A DNA stretch of 64,000 nucleotides from Thermoanaerobaculia bacterium (GTDB lineage Bacteria; Acidobacteriota; Thermoanaerobaculia; UBA5066): NCBI GenBank assembly GCA_963816185.1, contig CAWFJJ010000001.1, forward strand, positions 632,464 to 696,463. The letters are read 5' to 3'. Shown here piece after piece: positions 1 through 11,241 of this stretch. The notes under the pieces are model-generated. The model searched no databases, was not told the DNA's origin, and worked only from the letters and a program-made list of their open reading frames with translations. Positions within the stretch are counted from its first letter, which is position 1; every line of letters begins with the position of its first letter. A program made the position numbers and the translations under genes.

Positions 1-1526
1 CCGGCGGCACGCCTTTCGAGTTCGGCACCATCGCGATCTCGGACGGCATCTCGATGGGGACCGACGGGATGCGGGCATCCCTCGTCTCGCGCGAGGTCAT
101 CGCCGACTCCATCGAGCTCGCCGTCATGGGCCACGCGCTGGACGGCGTCGTCGCCCTTTCGGGCTGCGACAAGACGATCCCCGGCTCGGTGATGGCGCTC
201 GCGCGCCTCGACCTCCCGTCCGTCGCGCTCTACGGCGGGTCGATCGAGCCCGGGCGCGTGAACGGGAGGGACGTCACGATTCAGGACGTCTTCGAGGCCG
301 TGGGCGCGCACTCGGCGGGAACGCTCTCCGAGGCGGGCCTGTGCGACGTCGAGGCCGGCGCCTGCCCGGGCGCCGGCGCGTGCGGCGGCCAGTTCACGGC
401 GAACACGATGGCGACCGCGCTCACCTTCCTCGGGATCTCGCCGATGGGCGCGAACGACGTCCCCGCGACGGACCCCGCGAAGGCCGCGGTCGCGCGCGCC
501 GCCGGCCGTCTCGTCATGCAGCGCCTCGCGGACGGACTCACGCCTTCGAAGATCCTGACGCGCGCGGCCTTCGAGAACGCGATCACGTCCGTCGCCGCCA
601 CGGGCGGCTCGACGAACGCGGTCCTGCACCTTCTCGCGATCGCGCGCGAGGCCCGCGTCCCGCTCGTCCTCGACGACTTCGACGCGATCGCGACGAGGAC
701 GCCGATCTTCGTCGACTTGAAGCCGGGCGGACGTTTCACGGCGCCCGACCTCTCTCGCGCGGGCGGCTCGCGTCTCGTCGCCAAGAGGCTTTCGGATGCG
801 GGCCTCCTGAAGCGCGCGATGACGGTTACGGGCCGGTCCATCCAGGAAGAAGCCGCCGAGGCGCGCGAGACTCCCGGGCAGGAAGTCGTGCGCGACATCG
901 CCCGGCCTCTCAAGAAGACCGGCGGCCTCGCGATCCTGCGCGGCTCCCTCGCGCCCGAGGGCTGCGTCGTGAAGCTCGCGGGGCACGAGCGCCTGAAGCA
1001 CACCGGAGAGGCGCGAGTCTTCGACGGCGAGATCGCCGCGTTCGCCGCCGTCGAGCGCCGGCAAATCCGCCCGGGCGACGTCGTCGTGATCCGCTGGGAA
1101 GGCCCGAAGGGCGCGCCCGGCATGCCGGAGATGCTCGCGGTCACGGCGGCGCTCGTGGGCCAGGGCCTCGGCGAGTCGGTCGCCCTCGTCACGGACGGCC
1201 GCTTCTCGGGCGCGACCCACGGCCTCATGGTCGGGCACGTCTCACCGGAAGCGGCGGCCGGCGGCCCGATCGCGTTCCTCAAGGACGGCGACCGCGTGAC
1301 CCTCGACGTCACCGCCCGCCGCCTCGACTTCGAGGTGGGCGACGAAGAGATGGCCGCACGGAGGCGCGCATACCGCGCCCCGGCTCCGCGGGCCACGACG
1401 GGCGTCCTCGCGAAGTACGCGCGCCTCGTCTCCTCGGCTTCCGAGGGAGCGGTGACGAGCCCGGTCGCGCCGGCCGCGTCCCCTTCCCTCGCGACCGCGT
1501 CCGAGCGCGCAGGGGTGAGCGCGTGA
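1..1526 (+). CDS. ilvD: dihydroxy-acid dehydratase (5' end lies outside the window)
   Basis: Frame open from base 3 (…ISDGISMGT); motifs [53 protein letters not shown]. Confidence 0.97.
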   Translation, partial: GGTPFEFGTIAISDGISMGTDGMRASLVSREVIADSIELAVMGHALDGVVALSGCDKTIPGSVMALARLDLPSVALYGGSIEPGRVNGRDVTIQDVFEAVGAHSAGTLSEAGLCDVEAGACPGAGACGGQFTANTMATALTFLGISPMGANDVPATDPAKAAVARAAGRLVMQRLADGLTPSKILTRAAFENAITSVAATGGSTNAVLHLLAIAREARVPLVLDDFDAIATRTPIFVDLKPGGRFTAPDLSRAGGSRLVAKRLSDAGLLKRAMTVTGRSIQEEAAEARETPGQEVVRDIARPLKKTGGLAILRGSLAPEGCVVKLAGHERLKHTGEARVFDGEIAAFAAVERRQIRPGDVVVIRWEGPKGAPGMPEMLAVTAALVGQGLGESVALVTDGRFSGATHGLMVGHVSPEAAAGGPIAFLKDGDRVTLDVTARRLDFEVGDEEMAARRRAYRAPAPRATTGVLAKYARLVSSASEGAVTSPVAPAASPSLATASERAGVSA

Positions 1527-3271
1527 GCGCCCAGTTCCAGCCCGCCGCACAGTTCCTGCCTCGCGAGAAGACGCGCGTGAGGGCCGCGAACGCGATGGCC
1601 GCCGAGCTCGTGGCGCAGGGCGTGACGCACATCTTCGGCCACCCGGGCGGCGCCTCGCTGCCGCTGTACGACGCGCTCCTTTCGGCTCCGATCACGCACC
1701 TCCTCATGCGGCACGAGCAGTGCGCGGCGCACGCCGCGCAGGGCTACGCGCGGGCCACGGGCCGGCCCGGCGTGTGCCTCGCGACGTCGGGCCCCGGCGC
1801 GACGAACCTCATCACGGGCCTCGCCGACGCGATGCTCGACTCCACGCCCGTCGTGGCGCTCACGGCACAGGTCGCGACTCCGCTCCTGGGCCGCGACGGC
1901 TTCCAGGAGGCCGACATCCTCGGCATGACGGCGCCGGTCACGAAGCACAACTGGCTCGTCCTCGACGCGCAGGAACTTCCCGGCACGGTGCGCGAGGCCT
2001 TCCGCCTCGCGTCCTCCGGGCGGCCCGGCCCCGTCCTCGTGGACGTGCCGCGCGACGTGCTGCAGACGGAGATCGACTGGGAGGTGGGAACCGCCGCCAC
2101 GTCGCTCCCTCTCCGGCGCGCGGACCCCGTGGGCCTCCGCCGAGCGGCGTTCGCGATCTCGAACGCGAAGCGCCCGATCCTCTACGTGGGCGGCGGCGTC
2201 ATCTCGTCCGGAGCGTCCGCGGAGGTGCGGCGCCTCGCGAGGAAGACGCGCATCCCCGTCACGACGACACTCATGGGAAAAGGGGCTTACCCCGAGACGG
2301 ACGCACTGTCCGTCGGCATGCTCGGCATGCACGGCACGGCCTACGCGAACTGGGCCATGAACGGCAGCGACCTCATCATCGCCGTGGGCGCGCGCTTCGA
2401 CGACCGCATCACGGGAAAGCTCGCCACGTTCGCGCCGCACGCGAAGGTCGTCCACATCGACATCGACGAGGTCGAGATCGGCAAGAACCGCAAGGCCGAT
2501 TACCCCCTCCACGGCGACGCCCGGGCGGTCCTCCAGCAGCTTCTGCCCCTCGTCGGCGCCCCCGACACGTCCGAGTGGTGGAAGGAGATCGAGGCGTGGA
2601 AGGCGAAAGCGCCCTTGAGGTACCGGGAGGAAGGCGACGTCATCCTCCCGCAGTTCGCGATCGAAAGGCTCTGGCGGCTCACGCGTGACCACCGTCCGAT
2701 CGTCACGACGGACGTCGGCCAGCACCAGATGTGGGCCGCGCAGTTCTGGAAGTGCGACGAGCCCGGCGTGTTCATCACGTCCGGCGGGCTCGGCACGATG
2801 GGCTTCGGCCTCCCGGCCGCGCTCGGCGCGCAGTGCGGGCGGCCGGACCGGCTCGTCATCAACCTCAACGGGGACGGCAGCTTCCAGCAGACCATGCAGA
2901 CGCTCGCGACGGCGGTGGAAGCCCGCCTGCCGCTCAAGGTCGTCGTGATCGACAACCAGGGCCTCGGCATGGTGCGGCAGTGGCAGGACCTCTTCTACGA
3001 CCGCCGCTTCTTCTCGGTGGAGCTGAAGAACCCCGACTTCGCGAAGCTCGCCGAGGCGTTTGGCGCCGCGGGCTTCACCGCGCGGCGGCCGGACGAGCTG
3101 GATGCCGTGTACGAGAAGGCCCTTGCCGTGACGGGCGGTCCCGCGCTCGTCCACGTCGTCACCGAGCCCACCGAAAACTGCTTCCCCATGTGGCCCGCGG
3201 GCCAGTCCATCGACACGATGGTCGTCGAGGACCCGAGGCACGCGGCGAAAAGCGCGAAGAAGAAGAGCTGA
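1523..3271 (+). CDS. ilvB: acetolactate synthase large subunit
   Basis: GTG at 1523 overlaps ilvD stop; [34 protein letters not shown] and ThDP motif GDGSF…N. Confidence 0.96.
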   Translation: MSAQFQPAAQFLPREKTRVRAANAMAAELVAQGVTHIFGHPGGASLPLYDALLSAPITHLLMRHEQCAAHAAQGYARATGRPGVCLATSGPGATNLITGLADAMLDSTPVVALTAQVATPLLGRDGFQEADILGMTAPVTKHNWLVLDAQELPGTVREAFRLASSGRPGPVLVDVPRDVLQTEIDWEVGTAATSLPLRRADPVGLRRAAFAISNAKRPILYVGGGVISSGASAEVRRLARKTRIPVTTTLMGKGAYPETDALSVGMLGMHGTAYANWAMNGSDLIIAVGARFDDRITGKLATFAPHAKVVHIDIDEVEIGKNRKADYPLHGDARAVLQQLLPLVGAPDTSEWWKEIEAWKAKAPLRYREEGDVILPQFAIERLWRLTRDHRPIVTTDVGQHQMWAAQFWKCDEPGVFITSGGLGTMGFGLPAALGAQCGRPDRLVINLNGDGSFQQTMQTLATAVEARLPLKVVVIDNQGLGMVRQWQDLFYDRRFFSVELKNPDFAKLAEAFGAAGFTARRPDELDAVYEKALAVTGGPALVHVVTEPTENCFPMWPAGQSIDTMVVEDPRHAAKSAKKKS

Positions 3272-3279
3272 AGAAGGAC

Positions 3280-3710
3280 AAAGAAGAGAAGAAGAGCTTA
3301 GAAGGAAATATTCAGAGAGAACGAAGAGGAAGAGGAACGGCAATGGAACAGATCTTCGACATCAGGATTCAGAACGTGCCCGGGATTTTGGCGCGCGTGG
3401 AGTCGATCTTCAGGCGGCAGCGCGCGCCCATTCGGGGGTTTTGCTTAGAAGGGGAAGAAATGACTGGCGCGGCGCATCTCACGATCACTGCCATGGCGAA
3501 CGGCGACGTCGCCAATCTTCTGAGAAAGCAACTGATGCGGCTCATGGACGTGGAAGCGGTCGCCGATACCGGCGCCAGCGCGGCCCGCGCCTTCGCTCCG
3601 CCCGAATCCTCTTTCACCTTCAAAGAAAAAACTGCTTAACCCGAAAAAAGCCGCAAGCAGGAACCGATCGGACGTCCCAACAGCCCTATTCACCATCGAA
3701 GAAGAAACAG
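3280..3710. repeat. dispersed TTCTWAGAA-core motif cluster (5 copies) at ilvB-ilvN-ilvC
   Basis: Core centres 3299(f), 3446(f, TTGCTTAGAAGGGGAAGA), 3522(f), 3623(r), 3699(r). Confidence 0.7.
3343..3639 (+). CDS. ilvN: short ACT-domain acetolactate synthase small subunit (IlvN/IlvM-like)
   Basis: 98 aa, N.PGILARV…F.R and KQL.RL.DV; sits between ilvB and ilvC; divergent and overlaid with the dispersed motif. Confidence 0.75.
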   Translation: MEQIFDIRIQNVPGILARVESIFRRQRAPIRGFCLEGEEMTGAAHLTITAMANGDVANLLRKQLMRLMDVEAVADTGASAARAFAPPESSFTFKEKTA

Positions 3711-3758
3711 CGTTACCCAAGCCGAGAAGACAACACGAAGCAGAACGGGAGCAGAACG

Positions 3759-4772
3759 ATGGCGACGATCTGGTACGACAAGGACGCGGACATCTCCCGC
3801 CTCAAGGGGCGGACGGTGGCGATCATCGGGTATGGCAGCCAGGGGCACGCGCACGCGCTGAACCTCAGGGACAGCGGCATCTCCGTGGTGGTCGGGCTGC
3901 ACGCGACGTCGAAGTCCGCCGCGAAGGCGAAGGCGGACGGCCTGACCGTGCTGAGCGTCGACGAGGCCGCGAAGCGCGCGGACATCATCATGATCCTGAC
4001 GCCCGACACGGGCCAGAAGAACCTCTACGACTCGTCCATCATGCCGTACCTCTCGGCCGGCAAGACGCTCATGTTCGCGCACGGCTTCAACATCCGGTTC
4101 GGACAGATCGTGCCGCCGGCCGACGTGGACGTGTCGATGGTCGCCCCGAAGGCGCCGGGCCACCGCGTGCGCGAGCTGTTCCGGGAAGGCGAGGGCACGC
4201 CCGCGCTGCTCGCGGTCGAGCAGAACGCGAGCGGCCACGCCCGCGAGGACGCGCTGGCCTACGCGAAGGCGCTCGGCGCGACGCGCGCGGGAGTGCTCGA
4301 GACGACGTTTGCCGAGGAAACCGAGACGGACCTTTTCGGCGAGCAGGCGGTCCTCTGCGGCGGCACGTCGGCGCTCGTGAAGGCTGGTTTCCAGACGCTC
4401 GTCGAGGCGGGCTACCAGCCGGAGGTCGCGTACTTCGAGTGCCTGCACGAGCTGAAGCTCATCGTGGACCTCATGTACCGCGGCGGCCTGAACTACATGC
4501 GCTATTCGATCAGCGACACGGCCGAGCACGGCGACTACACGGCCGGCCCGCGCATCGTGACCGAGGCGACGCGCGGCGAGATGAAGAAGATCCTCCAGGA
4601 GATCCAGGACGGCGTCTATGCCGAGAAGTGGATCGACGAGAACCGGAAAGGACGCCCCGAGTTCGAGGCGACCCGCGAAAAGGAAAAGAACCAGCTCCTC
4701 GAGAAGGTCGGCCAGGAGCTGCGCGCGAAGATGCCGTTCCTGAACCCGGTCGTCGTGGACAAGGTGGCCTGA
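3759..4772 (+). CDS. ilvC: ketol-acid reductoisomerase
   Basis: [64 protein letters not shown]. Confidence 0.98.
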   Translation: MATIWYDKDADISRLKGRTVAIIGYGSQGHAHALNLRDSGISVVVGLHATSKSAAKAKADGLTVLSVDEAAKRADIIMILTPDTGQKNLYDSSIMPYLSAGKTLMFAHGFNIRFGQIVPPADVDVSMVAPKAPGHRVRELFREGEGTPALLAVEQNASGHAREDALAYAKALGATRAGVLETTFAEETETDLFGEQAVLCGGTSALVKAGFQTLVEAGYQPEVAYFECLHELKLIVDLMYRGGLNYMRYSISDTAEHGDYTAGPRIVTEATRGEMKKILQEIQDGVYAEKWIDENRKGRPEFEATREKEKNQLLEKVGQELRAKMPFLNPVVVDKVA

Positions 4773-4773
4773 A

Positions 4774-6009
4774 ATGCGAATTACGATCTTCGACACGACG
4801 CTCCGCGACGGCGAGCAGGCGCCGGGCTTCTCGATGCGCGAGGCCGAGAAAGTGCGCCTCGCCCGGAAGCTCGACGCCCTCGGCGTGGACGTGATGGAGG
4901 CGGGCTTCCCGATCGCCTCCGAGGACGACTTCAACTCCGTCCGGGCCGTCGCGCGCGAGGTCCGGCGCCCCGTCATCGCGGCGCTCGCGCGCTCCGTGGA
5001 CGCCGACATCGACCGCGCCGTGGCGGCCCTGGAAGGCGCCGCGCGCCCCCGCATCCACACGTTCCTCGCGACGTCCGACCTCCACCTCGAGCACAAGCTC
5101 CGGATGTCTCGGGCTGAATGTCTCGACGGCGCCGCGGCCGCCGTGCGAAGGGCGCGCCGGCACGTGGACGACGTGGAGTTCTCGGCCGAGGACGCGACGC
5201 GCAGCGACCTCGATTTTCTCGTCACGGTCATCGAGGCGGTCGTCGAGGCCGGCGCGACCACGGTCAACCTTCCCGACACGGTCGGCTACGCGACCCCGGA
5301 CGAGATCGTCCGCTTCTTCAAAGCGGTGCGCGCGCGGGTGAAGGGCTCTGACCGCGTCGTCTTCTCGGCGCACTGCCACAACGACCTCGGCCTCGCGGTG
5401 GCCAACAGCCTCGCGGCCCTCGAAGGCGGCTGCCGGCAGATCGAGTGCACCGTGAACGGCATCGGCGAGCGCGCGGGGAACGCCTCTCTCGAGGAGATCG
5501 TCATGGCGCTCCGCGTGCGGCCCGACAGGCTGCCGTTCACGACCGGCATCGCCACGCCGGAGCTCTTCTCGTCGAGCCAGCTCCTCGCGGAGATCACGGG
5601 CGAGAGCGTCCAGTCGAACAAGGCCATTGTCGGCCGCAACGCCTTCGCGCACGAAGCCGGCATCCACCAGGACGGCATCCTCAAGGACCGAAGGACGTAC
5701 GAGATCATGCGGCCCGAGGACGTCGGCGTTCCCGAGACGACGCTCGTTCTGGGCAAGCATTCCGGCCGCCACGCGCTGAAGAACCGCTGCGCCGCCCTCC
5801 GGATCGAGCCCACGCGCCTCGAGCTGGACGAGCTCTACAAACGGATGATCGCTCTCGCGGACCGGAAGAAAATCGTGGGCGACAACGACCTCTTCGACCT
5901 CTGGAGCGCGATGAAACGCGCTGCGGCACGGGCGAAGGCGCCCGCGGCGCGCGTCTTCCGCGAGGAGACCGCTCCCGCCGAAGAAGCGGGCTACGGGCAC
6001 GGGGTCTGA
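4774..6009 (+). CDS. leuA: 2-isopropylmalate synthase, short form without C-terminal regulatory domain
   Basis: [43 protein letters not shown]; 411 aa. Confidence 0.93.
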   Translation: MRITIFDTTLRDGEQAPGFSMREAEKVRLARKLDALGVDVMEAGFPIASEDDFNSVRAVAREVRRPVIAALARSVDADIDRAVAALEGAARPRIHTFLATSDLHLEHKLRMSRAECLDGAAAAVRRARRHVDDVEFSAEDATRSDLDFLVTVIEAVVEAGATTVNLPDTVGYATPDEIVRFFKAVRARVKGSDRVVFSAHCHNDLGLAVANSLAALEGGCRQIECTVNGIGERAGNASLEEIVMALRVRPDRLPFTTGIATPELFSSSQLLAEITGESVQSNKAIVGRNAFAHEAGIHQDGILKDRRTYEIMRPEDVGVPETTLVLGKHSGRHALKNRCAALRIEPTRLELDELYKRMIALADRKKIVGDNDLFDLWSAMKRAAARAKAPAARVFREETAPAEEAGYGHGV

Positions 6010-6010
6010 C

Positions 6011-7096
6011 GTGGGGCGACGCGCGCGCATCGCGGTCCTCCCCGGGGACGGAATCGGCCCCGAGGTGACGGCTGCGGCGTTGACGGTGCTCAAGGCCGTC
6101 GCGGCGCGCTTCTCTCACGACTTCGTCGTGTCGGAGTGGCCGATCGGCGCGATCGCGATGCGCACGAAAGGCCTTCCGCTTCCAGAGGAGACTCTCGCGG
6201 CGTGCCGCGATGCCGATGCGGTGCTCCTGGGCGCCGTCGGCGATCCCGCGTACGACCTCGCGCCGCGTGACAAACGCCCGGAAGCCGGGCTTCTCGCGAT
6301 CCGCAAGGCGCTCGGCCTCTACGCGAACGTCCGTCCGGCCCGCGTATTCAGGGGCCTCGAAGACGCGGGCCCGCTCAAGCCGGAGATCGCCCGGGGTCTC
6401 GATCTCGTCGTCGTGCGCGAGCTGACGGGCGGGCTCTATTTCGGGACCCCGCGCGCGCTGGATCTCACCGCGGGAACGGCCGTGAACACCCTGCCGTACT
6501 CGCGGCCCGAGGTGGAGCGGATCGCCGAGGTGGCGTTCCGTCTCGCGTCGGGCCGAAGGAAGAAAGTCACGTCGGTCGACAAGTCCAACGTCCTCGAGAC
6601 CTCGCAGCTCTGGCGCGCGGTGGTGACCGAGGTCGGCAATCGGCATCCGGACGTCGTCCTCGAGCACCAGCTCGTCGACTCGTGCGCGATGAACCTCGTC
6701 CTCACCCCGTCGGCCTTCGATGTCGTCGTCACGGAGAATCTCTTCGGCGACATCCTGTCCGACGAGGTGGGCGCGCTCGTGGGCTCGCTCGGGCTCCTGC
6801 CCTCGGCGAGCCTCGGTGACGGCCCGGGCCTCTTCGAGCCCGTGCACGGCTCGGCGCCGGCGCTCGCGGGACGCGACGTCGCGAATCCGATCGGGGCGAT
6901 CGCGACGGCCGCGATGCTCCTCGAGGACGGGCTCGGCTTAAAGGAAGAAGCCGCGGCGGTCCATCGGGCGATCGAGACGGTTCTGGAAAAGGGCGCGCGC
7001 ACGGCGGATCTCGCGCCGCGCGGCACGCGGGTGCTCGGCACGCGCGAGATGGCGCGGGCGGTGGCAGACGCGATCCCGGCTCATGTGGCGGTCTGA
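6011..7096 (+). CDS. leuB: 3-isopropylmalate dehydrogenase
   Basis: LPGDGIGPEV, VRELTGGLYFG, NLFGDILSDE, LFEPVHGSAP. Confidence 0.96.
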   Translation: MGRRARIAVLPGDGIGPEVTAAALTVLKAVAARFSHDFVVSEWPIGAIAMRTKGLPLPEETLAACRDADAVLLGAVGDPAYDLAPRDKRPEAGLLAIRKALGLYANVRPARVFRGLEDAGPLKPEIARGLDLVVVRELTGGLYFGTPRALDLTAGTAVNTLPYSRPEVERIAEVAFRLASGRRKKVTSVDKSNVLETSQLWRAVVTEVGNRHPDVVLEHQLVDSCAMNLVLTPSAFDVVVTENLFGDILSDEVGALVGSLGLLPSASLGDGPGLFEPVHGSAPALAGRDVANPIGAIATAAMLLEDGLGLKEEAAAVHRAIETVLEKGARTADLAPRGTRVLGTREMARAVADAIPAHVAV

Positions 7097-7108
7097 ACGG
7101 AGGAAGTC

Positions 7109-8095
7109 ATGGCGATGGAATCGAAGACGATCTGGCTGAACGGGGAATTCGTCGACTACGAGAAGGCGACTCTCCACTTCCTCACGCCCGGCCTGCATTA
7201 CGGCATCGGCGTCTTCGAGGGAATCCGCTGCTACGCGACGGCCGACGGGCCGGCCATCTTTCGCCTCGGCGAGCACATCGCGCGCTTCTTCCACTCGGCC
7301 TATTGCCTCGGTTTCCGGGAGCTTCCGTTCCCCGAGGAGCAGATCGCCGAGGCGTGCGCCGAGCTCGTCTTCCGCAACGGGTTCGACGATTGCTACATCC
7401 GCCCGCTCCTCTATCTCGCGAGCGGCGGCTCGGGCGGCGGCTGGAACCTGAACCTCGACGGCGGCTCGCCGGCCATCGGCATCGCCGCGTGGGAGTGGAA
7501 GAACTACCTCGGGGCCGAGGCTCTCGAGAAAGGCGTGCGCGCGAACGTCTCGTCCTTCACGCGCCACCATCCGAACGTCACGATGACGAAGGCCAAGATC
7601 AGCGGCAGCTACGCGAACAGCTTTCTCGCGAAGACCGAGTCGGTGCGGCTGGGCTTCGACGAAGCCATCATGCTCGACCCTCAGGGATACGTGGCCGAAT
7701 GCACGGGAGAGAACCTCTTCCTCGTGAAGAACGGCACGATCATCACGTCGCCCTCGGCGCCCATCCTGGAAGGCATCACGCGCGACTCTCTCGTGGCGCT
7801 CGCGGGCGACCTCGGCATTCCCGTCGTCGAGCGGCCCGTCTCGCGCGACCAGCTCTACACCGCCGACGAGGTCTTCGTGTGCGGCACGGCGGCCGAGTGC
7901 ATCGCGCTCCGCGAGATCGACTTCCGAAAGATCGGCCGCGGCACTGCGGGCCCCGTCACACGCAAGCTCCAGAAGGCCTTCCACGCCGCCGTCAAGGGCG
8001 AGCATCCGCGCTCGAACGAATGGTGTACCTGGGTCCGTGAGGAGGCGGCGGCGCTTCCGCCCCCCGCGCGCATCGCGGGCGGCCGGCAACGCTGA
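7109..8095 (+). CDS. ilvE: branched-chain amino acid aminotransferase
   Basis: LHYGIGVFEGIRCY, AKISGSY, ECTGENLF, ILEGITRD, ADEVFVCGTAAE. Confidence 0.96.
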   Translation: MAMESKTIWLNGEFVDYEKATLHFLTPGLHYGIGVFEGIRCYATADGPAIFRLGEHIARFFHSAYCLGFRELPFPEEQIAEACAELVFRNGFDDCYIRPLLYLASGGSGGGWNLNLDGGSPAIGIAAWEWKNYLGAEALEKGVRANVSSFTRHHPNVTMTKAKISGSYANSFLAKTESVRLGFDEAIMLDPQGYVAECTGENLFLVKNGTIITSPSAPILEGITRDSLVALAGDLGIPVVERPVSRDQLYTADEVFVCGTAAECIALREIDFRKIGRGTAGPVTRKLQKAFHAAVKGEHPRSNEWCTWVREEAAALPPPARIAGGRQR

Positions 8096-8167
8096 GCCCT
8101 CCTTGTTGTTGCAGCGACTCGCTCCTGCTCGCCGCGGGTTCTTATGTTAGCTGCGAGGGCTCCGCAC

Positions 8168-10561
8168 TCAATGTTTCCGGACAGGAACGAACGGACCGGA
8201 CGCTTCGATTCGAGGGTTAAGCGAGAGAGCGAAAACGGTCCCGAAATTGGCTGAACCTCCGTTCGCCGTCGTCCCGTAGAGATTTCCGAGGCCATCCAGG
8301 AGAAGCGAGCATACCGGGTTATGCCCATCGATAGGTCGCTCCTCAAATGCATGTAGGAGTTGAAGACCGGCGCCGTCTGTCTTGATGCTGAAGACTGTGC
8401 CGCCTCCGAGCGGGCCCCCGAATTGAGTTGTTCCGTAAAGGTTTCCGAACCCGTACACAACTGCGGACGGAGTGCCACCTTCCGTTGAAGGAATGCCATC
8501 TTCGATCGCTCCCGTGAAGGCGTGCAACACTTGGTAGCCGGTCCCGTCGGAGGAGATTCTGAATATGGTGCCAGAGTGGGAAGGACCGCCAATTTCGGTG
8601 GTTCCGAAAAAGGTTCCCGACCCGTCGGTAGTTAAGAAGCCCCCGGGGCTTATCCCATCGTCGCCGCCGACGAAGGTGTGCAGAAGGTGGAAGCCCGTGC
8701 CATCCGTTCTCAGCTTGAAGACCGTCCCCCAGTTCGTCGCTCCCCCTCCGATCGTCGTTCCGTAAAGGTTTCCGAGGCCGTCGAGGAGCAGGGAGGCGTA
8801 GGGTAATGCCCCGTTGCTCGTTGAGTCATAGCCGAACGTATGGAGCAGCTGGAAGCCCGACCCGTCGACTCTCATTCTGAAAACGGTGCCCACTGTGGCT
8901 GCGCCTCCTTCGACCGTCGTTCCGTAGAGATTTCCCGAGCCGTCGAGGATCAGAGCAGCGCCAGGGACAAGGCCATCTGCGGCGCCGCCTTGGAAGGCAT
9001 GCAGAATCTGAAAGCCTGACCCATCAGTCCTGAGCCGGAAAATGGTGCCGCCGTTCGCGGCCCCTCCCGTCCACGTCGTTCCGTAAAGGTTCCCCGACTG
9101 ATCTGGAACCATTGCAGAACCCGGTGCGGCCCCATCGTTCGGGCCACCGACGAAGGTATGCAGCAGTTGGAAGCCCGTGCCGTCTGGCCTGATCCTGAAG
9201 ACTGTACCTGTGTTAGAGGCGCCGCCGAGAGACGTCGTCCCGTAAAGGTAGCCCGGCGCGTCCGCGATCACCGATGCCACTGGCCCGCTGCCGTCGCCCG
9301 TGAAGCCCGCGAATGCGTGCAGAACCCGGAAGCCGCTTCCGTCGGTGTCGACCCCGAAGACGGTGCCCGAGTTTGAGAGAGCACCGTCGGCCATGGTCCC
9401 GTAAAGAGTTCCAGAACCAACCAGAATCAGGGAGCCCGACGGTGAGATTCCATCGGGCGGGTCTACAAATGTGCGCAGGACCTGGTACCCGGTCGCATCC
9501 GTCCTTACCTTGAAGAGGGTTGCGCCAAATGTTGTACCGCTGCCCGACGTCATACCGTATAGAGTCCCGGATCGATCAAGTAACAACGAGCCGACGGGGT
9601 AAATCGCGTCGGTCGCACTTGCGCCGAACGAATGGAGGATCTGGAAGGCTGAGCCATCCTTGGCGATCCGGAATACGGTCCCGGCGTTAAACAAGCCCCC
9701 GAATCCAGTCGCTCCATAGAGGTTGCCCGCCCCGTCCGTCGTGACGGAGCCGGAAGGGCCCCCTCCATCGTTCGCGTCAACGGGAAAGGCTCGCAGGAGC
9801 TGAAATTCTGTTCCGTCCGTCTTGATCCTGAAGATGGTTCCGGCGCCGTCGTAGAACCCCCTGAGGTGGTAATCCACCCGCGGGTGGCCGCCGAAGGCCG
9901 TTGTGCCGGAGAGGGTGCCCGAGCCATCCAGAAGAAGGGAACCGGCAGGACCTCTCCCATCACCAACGCCGCCCGCGAACGTGTGAAGGAGCTGGAACCC
10001 CGTTCCGTCCGTTCTGAGCTTGAAGATGGTGCCGTAGTCCGAAGGACCGCCACCACTCGTCGTTCCGTAAAGGCTTCCCGTGCCGTCCGGAGTGAGCGAG
10101 ACAAGAGGGAATCTTCCGTCACCGCCCGCAAATGAATGAAGGACCTCGAAGCTGCTGCCATCCTCCTTGATCGTGAAAACGGTGCCCTCGCTCGCTGTTC
10201 CTCCGGTCCGAGTCGTGCCGTAGAGGTTTCCCGCATCGTCGAGGACGAGAGAAGCCTCAGGATCGAAACCGTCGTTCGCGCCGCCCGCGAATGCGTGAAG
10301 GCGCTGAAAGCCCGTACCATCCGTGTTGATCGTGAAGACGGTGCCGCCGTCCGACGGGCCTCCGTGGGCCGTCGTTCCGTAAAGGTTGCCGCGGGTATCT
10401 GAAATCAACGGCGCACGGGGGATGCTCTCGGCGCCTTGAAAGGAGTGAAGAACGGAATAGCGGACGTGCGCTGGCGGTGAACCGCCGTCGGCGACCTGCG
10501 GGATGCCGGACCCTGTCAGGGTAAAGACGGAAGCGAGCAGCACCCTCGATCCGGAACGCAT
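8168..10561 (-). CDS. secreted tandem-repeat (GloVer/choice-of-anchor type) beta-propeller protein with 14 repeats
   Basis: 14 copies of a ~55-aa unit (G.LYGTT..GG….GTVF….DG.GF..LH.F); signal-like N-terminus from ATG 10561; lower GC than flanks. Confidence 0.85.
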   Translation of the reverse strand: MRSGSRVLLASVFTLTGSGIPQVADGGSPPAHVRYSVLHSFQGAESIPRAPLISDTRGNLYGTTAHGGPSDGGTVFTINTDGTGFQRLHAFAGGANDGFDPEASLVLDDAGNLYGTTRTGGTASEGTVFTIKEDGSSFEVLHSFAGGDGRFPLVSLTPDGTGSLYGTTSGGGPSDYGTIFKLRTDGTGFQLLHTFAGGVGDGRGPAGSLLLDGSGTLSGTTAFGGHPRVDYHLRGFYDGAGTIFRIKTDGTEFQLLRAFPVDANDGGGPSGSVTTDGAGNLYGATGFGGLFNAGTVFRIAKDGSAFQILHSFGASATDAIYPVGSLLLDRSGTLYGMTSGSGTTFGATLFKVRTDATGYQVLRTFVDPPDGISPSGSLILVGSGTLYGTMADGALSNSGTVFGVDTDGSGFRVLHAFAGFTGDGSGPVASVIADAPGYLYGTTSLGGASNTGTVFRIRPDGTGFQLLHTFVGGPNDGAAPGSAMVPDQSGNLYGTTWTGGAANGGTIFRLRTDGSGFQILHAFQGGAADGLVPGAALILDGSGNLYGTTVEGGAATVGTVFRMRVDGSGFQLLHTFGYDSTSNGALPYASLLLDGLGNLYGTTIGGGATNWGTVFKLRTDGTGFHLLHTFVGGDDGISPGGFLTTDGSGTFFGTTEIGGPSHSGTIFRISSDGTGYQVLHAFTGAIEDGIPSTEGGTPSAVVYGFGNLYGTTQFGGPLGGGTVFSIKTDGAGLQLLHAFEERPIDGHNPVCSLLLDGLGNLYGTTANGGSANFGTVFALSLNPRIEASGPFVPVRKH

Positions 10562-10704
10562 TTCTCTGCCTCTCACCGTAGCTCTGCTTGACGCGTCATC
10601 GACGTCCAAACGGAAGTGTAGGCGTCAGGCGAGCACTAACCGCGAAAGATGATGTGTCTGCTCCATCCGTGATGGAGCGCTGCGACTGACGACAAGGCTG
10701 AGCG

Positions 10705-10845
10705 TTACGGCTCCGGTTCCATCCAGACGACCGCGAGCCACCCCCGCGCGATAGGCCGCCCGGAAGAGCCGGCCGAAACGGGTCCGGGAATGACGACATC
10801 GTAGAGCGGTAGGCCGAAAAGCGAGGGGGAAGACGTGTCCTGCAT
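10705..10845 (-). pseudogene. truncated duplicate of the 5' end of the 12118-12630 membrane-protein gene
   Basis: MQDTSSPSLFGLPLYDVVIPGPVSAGSSGRPIARGWLAV vs MRYTSSLSLFGLPLYDVVIPGSAPAGPPGRPVARGWLAV; ATG overlaps upstream TGA; similarity ends at about 10728. Confidence 0.75.
10728..10845 (-). repeat. 118-bp imperfect direct repeat, copy 1 (copy 2 at 12513-12630)
   Basis: Ungapped alignment of equal length with high nucleotide similarity. Confidence 0.85.
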
Positions 10846-11240
10846 CAGCGCGCGGCTCCTTGCCGGAGGCGGAAGAATACCCAGGGCGCGAGGGTGAGCC
10901 AGACGAGGAAGAGAACCCAGACGCGGCCCGCCCGGAGGTTGTAGTCGTGGAGGACGTCCGACAGGGGGCGACGCGCGAGCACGAGGCCCATGAAGAACTC
11001 GAAGGCGACGGTGAGGACGAGCCACACGAGCCCGATGAGGAGCGCCTCACGACTCGAGATCGGAGGCCACGTCCGCACGACGAACCAGATGAAGATGCCC
11101 ATCAGCACCGAGCCGATCAGAGTGGAGAGCTGATGCGCGCGGAGCTCCGGCATCACCCTGGCGAACGTCGCCTGGCGCAGCGCGCCGTTCGCGACGGCGA
11201 TGACGAGCATCGGAAGCCAGGCGAGGACGTAGCGGGTCAC
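10845..11240 (-). CDS. hypothetical membrane protein (about 4 TM)
   Basis: Hydrophobic 131-aa ORF, tightly packed with its neighbours. Confidence 0.8.
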   Translation of the reverse strand: MTRYVLAWLPMLVIAVANGALRQATFARVMPELRAHQLSTLIGSVLMGIFIWFVVRTWPPISSREALLIGLVWLVLTVAFEFFMGLVLARRPLSDVLHDYNLRAGRVWVLFLVWLTLAPWVFFRLRQGAAR

Positions 11241-11241
11241 G

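Noticed and set aside
281-3343. Long antisense and alternate-frame ORFs here and throughout the window
   Set aside because: Shadow ORFs typical of high-GC genes; Arg/Pro/Ala-rich with no recognisable motifs
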